Origin: Candidatus Omnitrophota bacterium
GTDB lineage: Bacteria > Omnitrophota > Gorgyraeia > Duberdicusellales > 4484-171
Reading direction: 5' to 3'
NCBI GenBank assembly: GCA_003154195.1
Contig: PMCS01000005.1
Location: forward strand, 9,449 to 73,448
Length of the DNA stretch: 64,000 nt
This document shows positions 35,786-45,733 of the stretch, one piece after another (within the stretch, counting starts at the first letter, position 1; the number at the start of each line of letters is the position of its first letter). The translations under genes were made by a program, and so were the position numbers. The notes beneath the pieces are model-generated. The model was not told where the DNA came from, did no database searches, and saw nothing but the letters and a program-made list of their open reading frames with translations.

Positions 35786-38700
35786 ACGGCAACGCCGCGA
35801 ACTCCGCCAGGGAGTCCATTTTCCGCAATGAAACAATATTGAAGGTTAAGTGATCAAAAAAATCCGGGCCGATTTTTCCCAGCTCGATTTTACTCGACGC
35901 CGGGCTGGAAGTAACCGGGATATTGGACATTTTGATACCGCCAGGGGAAGATGTGACACCGCCCCCCTGCAATACCCCTATCCGTTCACCAATCATACCT
36001 CTTAATTGTCCATATCTAGCCTCCATCATTGGCCTACTATGCTCACTCCAGCTTCCCTGTCTTGAAGCCATCAACATAGTACCAATCGCTGTAAGCGTAC
36101 CAACATCATTTGCGTTTGTGATCAGCCCTGCTAATACATCTAAAGATCTCTGCACCTGCCCAGCGCTTGCGTCAGGATTACCGTTTGGCTCAGGCAGAGC
36201 TTTCAGATTATTTTGAAGAAGCATGATCTGTTCCTTCGCTCTCGATATTTGACTGGAAGCCGCCGTGGGAGAAGAAACATCCGGCGCAAGGGTGATAGCT
36301 GCCGACTGCACTTGTCCTCCTGTATCCTGTACAAAACCTCTTACCAGCTCGCTCAACATCCTTTCCTCCTGCCGCTGCCGTTCCCCAGTCTCAACCTCTC
36401 TAACCAAATTAGCTAACATGAGCCTTTCCCTCTCGCCCCGCGCCGCCGTTGGCTGCACAGGCGCCCCCATCTGCTGCTCGATCATTCTGTCCGCCCACTG
36501 TGGCCTTACTGCTTCAGCTCTCTTGGCCATCTCCATAGCCTCTCTCGCCCGTTCCTCCATCATCTGGATATCTGACAACTCATTTTTTGCCGCCGCCACC
36601 AATGCCTGAGTAATCTGCTCCTCCAATCGCCCCTTCTCAGCTTCCAATTCTATCACTCTTTTCTGCAGACTCAGCTGTTCTATCGCTGAAAAATTTCTCG
36701 TAGAGAAATTTTCCTCTTGCCTCCGCGCTATTTCTGCCAATTCTGCCTGCAGCCGCGCTATTTCTGCCCGCTGCCGCGCTGTGTACGCTCTTGCAGTTCT
36801 TAACATCTGTGCCCGGCGTAAATCCCCCCATAGCCCCATGGTTTGTTCATCCAGCCTATTCTGCACCGCGCGCAATCTTCTTTGCTCACTTACCCGTTCG
36901 CGTTGTGAGATTTGCTTCGAGAGCTGATCCGTCCGCTGCTGTGTTATTTCCGCCTGCTGCCGCGCTTTTTCCGCCAGATCCCCCGCTATTCTCGCGGCCC
37001 GCTCCTCTCTAGCTACGAAAGCTGACCATACGGCCTCTACTTGTTGCTGCCGCGCTTCTTCTCTAGTCATCACATCGGTAACCCACCGGGCTAGCATTTT
37101 TTCTTCTCTTTCTATTTTATTATCCGCCCTCTGCCGGGCGCTAGTTGCTATTTGCCGGACTGGAAAAATTATCGCCCGGTTTAAACCTTCAATGTGACTT
37201 TCGAGTATTTGTGCGAACTCTGCATCATTAATATCTTGCCCCTCGGTTTGCCTCACCGTAACTTCAATATTTAATTCTGTATTTCCGTCGGCGAGACGTT
37301 GAAGATGAAATACATCCTGTAATTTTTCTTTGCCAATAAAATTAATAAGTGCGACATCCCTGCCGTTAACCCGGATGCTCTCGATATTAGCCATATCGGC
37401 GTAAGCCGCCAACGCTTGCAATAGGTCCCTCACCCGCTTCGATTCTACATTTGCCCAAGGGAATCGCATTGGCAGCAACGCGACAGATTGTCGTAGTTGA
37501 AGCCTCAAAAGCTCTTGCGCCCAATATCGCTGCGCATCAGGAATCTCCTCTTCATATGTTCTTATATTTGCTAAACTGTTCCGCGAATCCCTGTTTTCAA
37601 ACCATCTTAACACCATAGCGCGCGCCGCAAATGCCAGAGTAACAGCGGCCAACCCAAAATCGAACATTGCCATGCGCGAAATCGTAGCCTTTGGAGCATC
37701 GGGAGCCGATGGGCTGCCCGGAACGCTTTCGTAAGCCTTAGTCCCTTGACTTTCAGCTTCCCTATTTCTCGCTACTTTAGCTTTCGCCTCCGTTATCTTT
37801 GCCGTCAACTTGGCTGCTTCATCTTTCAGATAGTTATCTAAATAAGCTGTTCTGGTCTCTTTAACAGTCGCAGCGACTTTTTCGCTTGTTGTAAGGGGAG
37901 TCCCGTCCTTATGAATCAAAGCCCTATTACTCAAAGCCCTCTCGCCGGCATACTGTACCACAGTAGCAGCTCCTGATTCAGATAGCCATCCCTCAAGAGA
38001 AATCTCCTTCGGCGATCCCCCTTCGATAACGGATCGAACCATTTTTCTAATCGCCGCCATTGTTTCCGTTCTTTGCTCCTGTGCTTGAAGGTCGACCAAT
38101 CTCGCTGCATCTACCCAATCTTGCCTTGCCAACGCCTCCTCCAGATCTTTTGCCGGCGGGATGGGGTTTTCCGCAGATAAATACCTGACATTACTTACTG
38201 TCCACCCACCCACCACATTACCACGCACCATATTACCATCCACGATAATGGTATTCCCCTGCATCGGAGAAGAAGCGATAGCGGAAGAAGAAACTGGAGA
38301 AACCACATTGCTATTACCTAGCGTAACCATCGTAACCCCACCCGAAAAGTATCTTCTTCTTACCTGTTTATGGGTAGCTACGTCCGATTCTTTTTTGATG
38401 TAATCATAGATACCTTTTTTGAAAGCTTCGGTATAAAGGTTATAGATCTTCTCTTTCGCTTGCGGGTCATTGATATCGATGCCTTTGATTTTTTTCTGGT
38501 TGATGTAGTGCTTATAGAATGATTCCTTGAACTTCTCTTTAAACCATTTGGCTAAGATAAGAGAGTAATATATTTGCCGCAGGGTCGCGAAGTTCTTACC
38601 GTGATTGACATCGTCAGTAACCTTCGGTACAACCACCTCGCGCATGACGTCGGAAGCGACCTTGTTGACCGCCTGCGCGTTACGTTCGTTGAGCCCGTTA

Positions 38701-39425
38701 ATACCTTTGGAAGATTTTAACCCTGCAACCGGCCCAACCGGCTTAACCGACTCAACGCTTTTATTCAGCGCCAAGAAATCCTCTTCTAACATCGCCTTCA
38801 ACGTCGCCTGATTGACTACGGCGATATTGTTGTGCTCATAGACCTCGGCTTTATCCGGGGTAATCCATATCTTGTTAAAGGTATTGACCGGTATCCTGGT
38901 AGTGCCGAAGTTCTTCGCCGCGGCCTGATAAGTCTTCTGCCAATAGTTCCTACCGGTTTCATTCTCCGGATAGGTCAGGCTTGAGACTAATTGTTTCAGC
39001 ACGTAGTCCTGGGCCAGCATGTCCCGGCCCACGTCGGTCTGAATCGCGGCTTCGTTTACGATGCGGTCTTTTTCATAGACCGAGAGGTTTACCCATAAGT
39101 CATCTTCAGGGATGGTAAGGCCGGCTAAAAAGTAACGGATCAGCCTGGAGACTTCTACCCTATCCACGGTATCCTGGCTGGCGGTGTCAATGACAAATTG
39201 TATCTGCAGAGGATTGTCCGGGTTGATTTTTATCCCTTTTAATATAGGAAAGGAATAGTTGGCGGAAAGGTTTAATAACTGCGTCGGCGAAGGCAAAGCC
39301 AGCGAAGAAGCGCAATAACCCGGCGGGCAAAGGCTTGTGCCGGCAAAGAAAAATAAAACCAACAACGAAATCAATTTAATAAAGATCTTACGTTTAGGCG
39401 AGTTAAGAGAGGTTACCATAAGCAC
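35784..39425 (-). CDS. Giant secreted protein (1213 aa): conserved N-terminal domain shared with the 1-4950 ORF, hydrophobic mid-segment, long R/Q/E-rich coiled-coil region
   Basis: Signal-like N-terminus KIFIKLISLLVLFFFAGTSL. Paralogy to the 1-4950 ORF at protein and DNA level. ~400 aa of heptad-like ERAARIAGDLAEKARQQAEITQQRTDQLSKQ repeats. Confidence 0.7.
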   Translation of the reverse strand: MLMVTSLNSPKRKIFIKLISLLVLFFFAGTSLCPPGYCASSLALPSPTQLLNLSANYSFPILKGIKINPDNPLQIQFVIDTASQDTVDRVEVSRLIRYFLAGLTIPEDDLWVNLSVYEKDRIVNEAAIQTDVGRDMLAQDYVLKQLVSSLTYPENETGRNYWQKTYQAAAKNFGTTRIPVNTFNKIWITPDKAEVYEHNNIAVVNQATLKAMLEEDFLALNKSVESVKPVGPVAGLKSSKGINGLNERNAQAVNKVASDVMREVVVPKVTDDVNHGKNFATLRQIYYSLILAKWFKEKFKESFYKHYINQKKIKGIDINDPQAKEKIYNLYTEAFKKGIYDYIKKESDVATHKQVRRRYFSGGVTMVTLGNSNVVSPVSSSAIASSPMQGNTIIVDGNMVRGNVVGGWTVSNVRYLSAENPIPPAKDLEEALARQDWVDAARLVDLQAQEQRTETMAAIRKMVRSVIEGGSPKEISLEGWLSESGAATVVQYAGERALSNRALIHKDGTPLTTSEKVAATVKETRTAYLDNYLKDEAAKLTAKITEAKAKVARNREAESQGTKAYESVPGSPSAPDAPKATISRMAMFDFGLAAVTLAFAARAMVLRWFENRDSRNSLANIRTYEEEIPDAQRYWAQELLRLQLRQSVALLPMRFPWANVESKRVRDLLQALAAYADMANIESIRVNGRDVALINFIGKEKLQDVFHLQRLADGNTELNIEVTVRQTEGQDINDAEFAQILESHIEGLNRAIIFPVRQIATSARQRADNKIEREEKMLARWVTDVMTREEARQQQVEAVWSAFVAREERAARIAGDLAEKARQQAEITQQRTDQLSKQISQRERVSEQRRLRAVQNRLDEQTMGLWGDLRRAQMLRTARAYTARQRAEIARLQAELAEIARRQEENFSTRNFSAIEQLSLQKRVIELEAEKGRLEEQITQALVAAAKNELSDIQMMEERAREAMEMAKRAEAVRPQWADRMIEQQMGAPVQPTAARGERERLMLANLVREVETGERQRQEERMLSELVRGFVQDTGGQVQSAAITLAPDVSSPTAASSQISRAKEQIMLLQNNLKALPEPNGNPDASAGQVQRSLDVLAGLITNANDVGTLTAIGTMLMASRQGSWSEHSRPMMEARYGQLRGMIGERIGVLQGGGVTSSPGGIKMSNIPVTSSPASSKIELGKIGPDFFDHLTFNIVSLRKMDSLAEFAALP

Positions 39426-39620
39426 CTCCGTTTTAAGTTAAATTCTTGATTATAATAAGAACAGTTTTAATTGTCACCAAGGAAGTTATACCATATTTCC
39501 GCGAAAAATACCGCTCAAACCAGCCTGTTTTTCGCGTTTCCTGAAAGCGCTTACTCATCCTCAAATAAACAATATTTTTGTTCCCTATCTTATATTTTTA
39601 GTTAAAATATCGGTAACCAC

Positions 39621-40334
39621 ATGATACAGCGTTTGATAAAAATATATAAGAATGCCAGGAATATCCTCATCCCAGAGCTCTGCTTTTCCTGCGGACGGAA
39701 AATTGCGGGCGAAATGCTTTGCTCGGCCTGCCGGGAAAAAATAGAATTTCTCTATCCTCCCCGCTGTAGGTTCTGCGCTAAACCGGTAAACGATAACACC
39801 ACCGGGCTTTGCCGGAAATGCCGCGGCAAGCAATACCCTTACGACCGGCTGGTCTGCGCCGCCGCCTATAAAGAACCGCTGGCAGGCCTGATCCACCTGT
39901 TAAAATACAAAGATTACGATTACCTCGGCGATTTTCTCGGGGCCCTGCTGGCGGAACATCTTTCGCGGATTAATTTTTCCGGCGGCGGTTATGATTTTAT
40001 TATCGGCGTGCCCCTCCATCCCCTGAAATTAAAAGAACGCGGGTTTAACCAAACCTCTTTCCTGGCAAAAAAAATCGCAAATCATTTTAAAATAGAGTTC
40101 AAAGATGATATAATCTATGGGGTTAAAGATAAGCTTTCGCAAACAAAATTATCCGGGCAAGACCGCCTGGCCAATATCCATGGCACATTCGCCGTTCCCG
40201 GCGGCTTAACCGGCAAACAAATCATCCTGGTCGACGATATCTTTACCACCGGGGCGACGATTCGCGAATGCGCTTTCGCGTTAAAAGAAAAAGGCGCGAA
40301 AACCGTTACGGCGATAACCCTGGCGAAAACATAA
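39621..40334 (+). CDS. comF: ComF family protein (phosphoribosyltransferase domain, N-terminal zinc-finger)
   Basis: CxxC x4 at N-terminus, C-terminal PRTase motif IILVDDIFTTGATIRE. Confidence 0.75.
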   Translation: MIQRLIKIYKNARNILIPELCFSCGRKIAGEMLCSACREKIEFLYPPRCRFCAKPVNDNTTGLCRKCRGKQYPYDRLVCAAAYKEPLAGLIHLLKYKDYDYLGDFLGALLAEHLSRINFSGGGYDFIIGVPLHPLKLKERGFNQTSFLAKKIANHFKIEFKDDIIYGVKDKLSQTKLSGQDRLANIHGTFAVPGGLTGKQIILVDDIFTTGATIRECAFALKEKGAKTVTAITLAKT

Positions 40335-40396
40335 AAACTAAAACCATTGTCCACAGATTGCTCTGAACCGATTATTCCTTACACAGTAAAAATAAT

Positions 40397-41476
40397 ATGC
40401 GAATATTACGAAATTACATTCTGAAAGACTTCTCCGGCGCGTTTATTTTCGCGCTTTTATTCCTGGCAATGATCATGATGCTGGGAAACCTGATGAAATT
40501 AGGCGACATGATCATCAGAAAAGGCGTCAACCCCATCGACGCCCTAAAAATATTTTCCTTTGCCGTGCCCTATCTTCTGGGATTTATCCTGCCCCTGTCT
40601 TTTCTCCTGGGAATCCTGCTGGTCATGGGCCGGCTGATCAGCGATAACGAGATGACAGCAATATCCGCCACGGGAATATCGCCGCTGCGGATATTGAATA
40701 TTTTTTTAATCCTTGCCGCGATCCTTGCTTTATTTATTTTTCTGTTAAACAACCGGTTCATCCCGACCGCGCATTATAATTATCGCAACTACACCAGCGG
40801 CGTTTGCTCGCAAAGCATGGCCAACGTTATCGAGCCGGGGGTATTCCTGGAAAACTTCGCCGATTACGTCATCTATGTCTCCGACAAAGAAGACAACAAA
40901 TTAAAAAATGTCTTTATTTACGAAACCGACCGGGTTAAAGGGGTGAATAAAGTAACTTTTGCCAAGCGGGGAGAATTCGCGGTTGACGGCGACTGGATGA
41001 GGATAAAGCTTGAAGAAGGTTTCCGGGACGAACCAAACCCGAAAAATAAAAGGGAATTATACCGGTTGAATTTCAAAGTATCGTTTGTCGATATTCACAT
41101 CGAAAAGAAAAACTCGATTGTAAAAAAACCCAGCGATATGGTTTCGCAAGAACTGAAAGATGAGATAAAACGTTTAAAAAGAAAAGGCATAAAACCGGTA
41201 GAACTGGAAACGGAATTCCATAAACGGATAAGTTTCTCCTTTTCTCCGATTATTTTCGCGTTTCTCGCCTACGGCGCGTCATTTTCCATAAAACACCGGG
41301 AAAAATCAATCAATTTCGGCATCGCCTTTTTGACCGCCGGGATTTACTACATGCTGATGATGCTGGGCCAATCCCTGGCGGAATCATGTAAAATCACGCC
41401 GGCGCTGGGTATGTGGCTGCCCAATATAATCATCGGCGCCGTCGGCGCGTTTTTAATGCGGAAGAACATCGGGTAG
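40397..41476 (+). CDS. LptF/LptG family LPS export permease (YjgP/YjgQ)
   Basis: MRILRNYILKDFSGAFIFALLFL N-terminus typical of the family, periplasmic beta-jellyroll segment, and 6 TM topology. Confidence 0.75.
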   Translation: MRILRNYILKDFSGAFIFALLFLAMIMMLGNLMKLGDMIIRKGVNPIDALKIFSFAVPYLLGFILPLSFLLGILLVMGRLISDNEMTAISATGISPLRILNIFLILAAILALFIFLLNNRFIPTAHYNYRNYTSGVCSQSMANVIEPGVFLENFADYVIYVSDKEDNKLKNVFIYETDRVKGVNKVTFAKRGEFAVDGDWMRIKLEEGFRDEPNPKNKRELYRLNFKVSFVDIHIEKKNSIVKKPSDMVSQELKDEIKRLKRKGIKPVELETEFHKRISFSFSPIIFAFLAYGASFSIKHREKSINFGIAFLTAGIYYMLMMLGQSLAESCKITPALGMWLPNIIIGAVGAFLMRKNIG

Positions 41477-41514
41477 TCATTTTGCGCAGGAAAAGTGAAT
41501 TATAACCAATTGAG

Positions 41515-41671
41515 CTTTACGGTTTAGGTATATCCAGCACTAATTTTGCCGCGGCAAAATTAGTGCTGGATAATTCGACTACCGCCTCGCGCGGCGCCTT
41601 TCAGGCTTGCTAATTCAACTACGTCCCACCACAATACGGCGGGACAAGTTTCATTACGACGAAGTCTCATT
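41515..41671. repeat. Intergenic repeat element family 2 (17-bp-stem hairpin + TAATTCGACTACCGCCTC + CGAAGTCTCATTA), copy abutting lptG ATG
   Basis: ccagcactaattttgccgcggcaaaattagtgctgg hairpin, then ataattcgactaccgcctc ... cgaagtctcattATG. Confidence 0.6.
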
Positions 41672-42760
41672 ATGCGTATATTAGATAAATATATCCTGAA
41701 AAGCATCACCCGGGCATACCTGTTCGTGCTGGCAGTAACGATCGGGCTCTATTTTATTGCCGATGCCTTTTCCAATCTCTCCGATATCCTGCAGGCGAAA
41801 CCTCCCATCGGAGCAGTAGTTAAATACTACCTTTTTATGCTTCCCTTAATAATCATGCAGACAAGCCCCTACGCCCTGCTGATCGGCGTCTTATACTCCT
41901 TCGGCGAACTGAATAGAAATAACGAGGTTTTAACCATACGCGCTTCGGGGATAAGCCTGGTCAAACTTGCCTTACCCGTATTTTTCTTAGCGTTTACCGT
42001 CTCGGCGGCCGCCCTCTTCGCCCAGGAAACATTACTCGCCGGCTCGCAGAAAGGCGCGGAAGAGCTGAAAATGAAATTTATTAAAAGAGATATTTCCCAT
42101 TCGCGCGATGAAAACAAATTAGCCTTTCATTCCGGCGATACGATATTTTTCGTAGAGAGATTTTCGCCCAAGGACAAAACTCTTTACGAAAGTATAATTT
42201 TTAATGAAAACGATAAAAAAAATATCTCCCGGAGAATGATGTGCAAAAAAATAGTCTACCGGGGTAAAAAATGGGTAGGTGAAGATATCTATGAGTATAA
42301 GCTGGACAGCGACGGCAACATGCTGGGAGTCCCCTCGCAGTATAAAGAGAAAATCATCGAACTGGATGAAAAGCCCGACGAATTGATTTTTAAAAAAAGT
42401 ATCTACGCGCAGTTCTCTTCGTTAAGGAATCTTAAAAAAGAAATGCGCCGCCTGAAAAAAATGAAAGCAACCAACCTGTTTTCCGATATGCTCGTTGATT
42501 TCAACTATAAAATATCGCAGCCGTTCGCGCATTTATTTCTTATTATCGGGGCCATACCCCTGGCGCTGGAAATAAAAAAACGCAAAGCATCCCTCTCTTC
42601 ACTGGGGGTGGGATTTCTTTGCGGATTCTTATATTACTTCGTAAATACCGTCAGCGTCAACCTCGCCAAAACCGGAGTAATCCTGCCCATTCTCGGCGCG
42701 TGGACTGCGCCTTTATTTTTTACCGGCGCGGGAATCACCGCGTTGCTGCTTATTAAATAA
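41672..42760 (+). CDS. LptF/LptG family LPS export permease
   Basis: MRILDKYILKSITRAYLFVLAV, the same architecture as the 40397 gene, C-terminal TMs. Confidence 0.75.
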   Translation: MRILDKYILKSITRAYLFVLAVTIGLYFIADAFSNLSDILQAKPPIGAVVKYYLFMLPLIIMQTSPYALLIGVLYSFGELNRNNEVLTIRASGISLVKLALPVFFLAFTVSAAALFAQETLLAGSQKGAEELKMKFIKRDISHSRDENKLAFHSGDTIFFVERFSPKDKTLYESIIFNENDKKNISRRMMCKKIVYRGKKWVGEDIYEYKLDSDGNMLGVPSQYKEKIIELDEKPDELIFKKSIYAQFSSLRNLKKEMRRLKKMKATNLFSDMLVDFNYKISQPFAHLFLIIGAIPLALEIKKRKASLSSLGVGFLCGFLYYFVNTVSVNLAKTGVILPILGAWTAPLFFTGAGITALLLIK

Positions 42761-42764
42761 TTTT

Positions 42765-42835
42765 CGCTTCAGCGAAAATTATTTAATGCGATTTAACCGG
42801 AAAAATATCTTCAGATATTTTTCCGGTTAAGGCTG
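42765..42835. terminator. Bidirectional terminator hairpins between convergent lptG-like and smpB
   Basis: aattttcgcttcagcgaaaatt and perfect aaccggaaaaatatcttcagatatttttccggtt palindromes. Confidence 0.5.
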
Positions 42836-43263
42836 AATTTGATTTCCTTGCGGGTGATTTCCTCATGCAGTTTTTTGCGTTTGTCGTAAATTTTACGCCC
42901 CTTGGCTAAGGCTATTTCCATCTTGGCGAATCCCTTATCGTTAAAATAGGCCCGAAGCGGAATTATGGTTAAGCCCTTCTGCATCGTTAAACCATTGATA
43001 CGTTTTATTTCTTTTTTATTCAACAGAAGCTTACGTTTACGCGTAGGTTCGGCTTTAAAATAAGAGGCCTTTTCGAACTCAGGGATATGCATATTATAAA
43101 GGACAACTTCGCCGTTCTCCACGAGGGCAAAGCTTTCCTCAATCGAGCAATTCTTCGTCCTTAAAGATTTGACTTCGCTCCCTTTAAGGACCAGTCCCGC
43201 TTCGAAAATATCCAGGATCTCGTAATCATGCCGCGCCTTGCGGTTCGTAGCGACAAGCTTCAT
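42811..43263 (-). CDS. smpB: SsrA-binding protein SmpB
   Basis: ATNRKARHDYEILDIFEAGLVLKGSEVKSLR...NMHIPE...KRKLLLNKKEI canonical SmpB. Confidence 0.9.
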   Translation of the reverse strand: MKLVATNRKARHDYEILDIFEAGLVLKGSEVKSLRTKNCSIEESFALVENGEVVLYNMHIPEFEKASYFKAEPTRKRKLLLNKKEIKRINGLTMQKGLTIIPLRAYFNDKGFAKMEIALAKGRKIYDKRKKLHEEITRKEIKFSLNRKNI

Positions 43264-43290
43264 AATATCCCAGCCGGCTCTCCTATTCCG

Positions 43291-44016
43291 TCAGTTTCGC
43301 GGCTCAATCTTTTTAATCCGGAAAAACAGCTTAAGATAACTGAAAAGAGTATCGAGCTTTTTCATTTTGGAAAACCCGCGCTTTCGGTTAATAAAGGTAA
43401 TCGGCACCTCGCGCATGGCATACCCCAGCCAATGGGCGCGCGCCAGAAATTCGACATAAAAATCAAATTTTTTCGCGGCCAGTAAAGGCGTAATTTTCTC
43501 CACAACGCCGCGCCTGATCAATCGGTACCCGGAAGTTTTATCGCGGACCCGCAACGCCGCAAAAACAGTTAAGAAGTCGTTAACCCGCTTGCTCAAGAAA
43601 AGTTTCCACGCCGGCATGCCGTAAATCCTGGCGCCCTTTACATAGCGGGAGCCGATTACGATATCCGCCCCGGTGCCTTTCAATGCATCGAAAAAATATC
43701 CCAACTCCTCCGGCTGGTGGTTGAGGTCGGCGTCCATCATGAGAACGCAATCGCAATCTTTTGATATATTTTCCAAACCGGTCCGGCAAGCGCGGCCGGC
43801 GCCGGCCGGAACTTCTGAATAAATAATACGCAAATCCTTGATATCCTCCCGGCGGGCGGTTTCTTCGAGAACCTCAACCCCCCTATGATTTCCATCAACA
43901 ACAAACAAAAATTTCGCCGTAACGCCGAGTTTACGAAGCGCAGCGTTCAAGCGGCTAAACAATTCTCCCAAATTTTCTTCTTCATTATAAGCGGTGATAA
44001 CAGCTTCGACAATCAT
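43291..44016 (-). CDS. GT2 family polyprenyl-phosphate glycosyltransferase (DPM1/ArnC-like)
   Basis: VVDGNHRG...DADLNHQPEEL (DxD)...GADIVIGSRY. Confidence 0.75.
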   Translation of the reverse strand: MIVEAVITAYNEEENLGELFSRLNAALRKLGVTAKFLFVVDGNHRGVEVLEETARREDIKDLRIIYSEVPAGAGRACRTGLENISKDCDCVLMMDADLNHQPEELGYFFDALKGTGADIVIGSRYVKGARIYGMPAWKLFLSKRVNDFLTVFAALRVRDKTSGYRLIRRGVVEKITPLLAAKKFDFYVEFLARAHWLGYAMREVPITFINRKRGFSKMKKLDTLFSYLKLFFRIKKIEPRN

Positions 44017-44060
44017 CGTATATTTTTCCGTAGTGAATCACCGCCACCTTCGTTGGTGAT

Positions 44061-45707
44061 TTAGTCATCCCTGAACGCTTGATAAAGCACTCTTAAGTCA
44101 AAAGCGCGATACTCTTTCTCCAATACCGGAGACCTATCTTTAATAAAGGCCTGATAATCATACGCCCCACCTTTTTGCAAAATCAGCACTATCGGTTCAT
44201 CTTGCAGATTATAATATTTACTCCGGGAGTCTCTATACAGGATTATAAAACCTACATATACGACATGGTAATGGTCGTTTATATATTTTTTGATATCCTG
44301 AGGGGTATTTTCGTTATAATATGCCTTGGGATAAAACACCGCGAAGCGTATATTAAATAGTTTTTCTTTTTCTTTGAATTCTTCCAGAGTCTTTACCCAG
44401 CCGCACTTCCGATCGGCATAGGTAGAAATACCCACGTGCTGGCACCAGGTATTCAAAAAAAAGCGTTCTTCCGGCCGGGTATGATTACGGATAAAAGATC
44501 CGGCAGCGTCCATGCCGCTAAAAATGGTGCAATAATGCTCCCATAACGAAATATAAATCGCCGGTATGGCAGAAACAAAAAATAAGATTACCAGCGCGGT
44601 TCCCAGATGGGATATTAGACGATTAACGCCCCGGCCGAGATAATATAACGCGTAGGCGCTTGAAAATGCCGGAATAAACATAAACGGCATCTGGTAATAA
44701 CTATGCTGATTTATATAATCAGAAAGCCCCATGCAATAGACAACCAGCGCGGCCAACCAGCCAAAAAGAAAACGCCGCAATAAAACATTTTGACGGTTGC
44801 GTACGGCCATATAATAACCTAAAAGGCCGGCCATGGTAAAAAAAACCGTATAACTTTCTTTAACCGTATATAAAAAAATTTTCACGCCGTAATTATGCCA
44901 ATAGGAGGCGGAAAAGATTTCCAGCAGATTTATCCGGCCTTCCGATATCCGGAAACTCAACTCCTTGCCAAACCAAAAAATCGCCGCCACGGCGATCAAG
45001 GGAGTTAAGGTTAGAAAAATATTCCGCGCCAGCCCCAGCAAATGGTATTTATCCCAAAGCCGGCGATAGGGGATTATAAACAGCAGAGGGATAAAACAGA
45101 TGAGGAAAGATAACTTACAAACAAAAACAAAAACCGCGCAAAGAATCGAAAAAAACAGATATCGGAATTCAAGAACGGTCGCAAAGCGTAAATAAAAATA
45201 GACGCAGGCAAGCATTCCCGTAAAAGCCGGGCATTCCGGCTGTAAATTACGCGCGAAAAATATACTCAGCGGAAAAATACTCAAAACAAACGCGGTTAAT
45301 AACCCTAATGGTTTTGATTGGGTTAAAAGAACGGTGATCTTAAACGCCAGGACGATACCGACAAGAAAAAATAAGACGTTAATCGTCCGCGCGGCAGCCA
45401 GAAAGTTATTTTCGCCGAATAATTTAAGGCAAAGAGCAGTCTGCCACATCGTAATGTGGCCGCCGGGAAATAAATCGATTTTTTTGGGATTAACCTCCAG
45501 GCCGTAATGAAAATCCGCGTACCGCGAAAAAAAATCGCCGCGCTTGAGCATGTTTTTAGCAACGCTGATCATCTCATGCTCTTTGACATTATGATAACCG
45601 ATGGCGGGAAAAGTGATATTATAAAGCCGGATAAAAAACGCGAAAACGATTATCGCGGCTAAAATAAATGTATAATATTTGTCAGTGCTGGAATTGATAC
45701 GGCGCAT
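44061..45707 (-). CDS. GT-C family integral-membrane glycosyltransferase (ArnT/PMT-like)
   Basis: ~13 TM helices. The N-terminal loop EHEMISVAKNMLKRGDFF...GHITMWQTAL resembles the ArnT/PMT_2 first periplasmic loop. Paired with the ArnC-like GT2. Confidence 0.6.
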   Translation of the reverse strand: MRRINSSTDKYYTFILAAIIVFAFFIRLYNITFPAIGYHNVKEHEMISVAKNMLKRGDFFSRYADFHYGLEVNPKKIDLFPGGHITMWQTALCLKLFGENNFLAAARTINVLFFLVGIVLAFKITVLLTQSKPLGLLTAFVLSIFPLSIFFARNLQPECPAFTGMLACVYFYLRFATVLEFRYLFFSILCAVFVFVCKLSFLICFIPLLFIIPYRRLWDKYHLLGLARNIFLTLTPLIAVAAIFWFGKELSFRISEGRINLLEIFSASYWHNYGVKIFLYTVKESYTVFFTMAGLLGYYMAVRNRQNVLLRRFLFGWLAALVVYCMGLSDYINQHSYYQMPFMFIPAFSSAYALYYLGRGVNRLISHLGTALVILFFVSAIPAIYISLWEHYCTIFSGMDAAGSFIRNHTRPEERFFLNTWCQHVGISTYADRKCGWVKTLEEFKEKEKLFNIRFAVFYPKAYYNENTPQDIKKYINDHYHVVYVGFIILYRDSRSKYYNLQDEPIVLILQKGGAYDYQAFIKDRSPVLEKEYRAFDLRVLYQAFRDD

Positions 45708-45733
45708 TGATCGACCCGCCCATGGATATTTAT

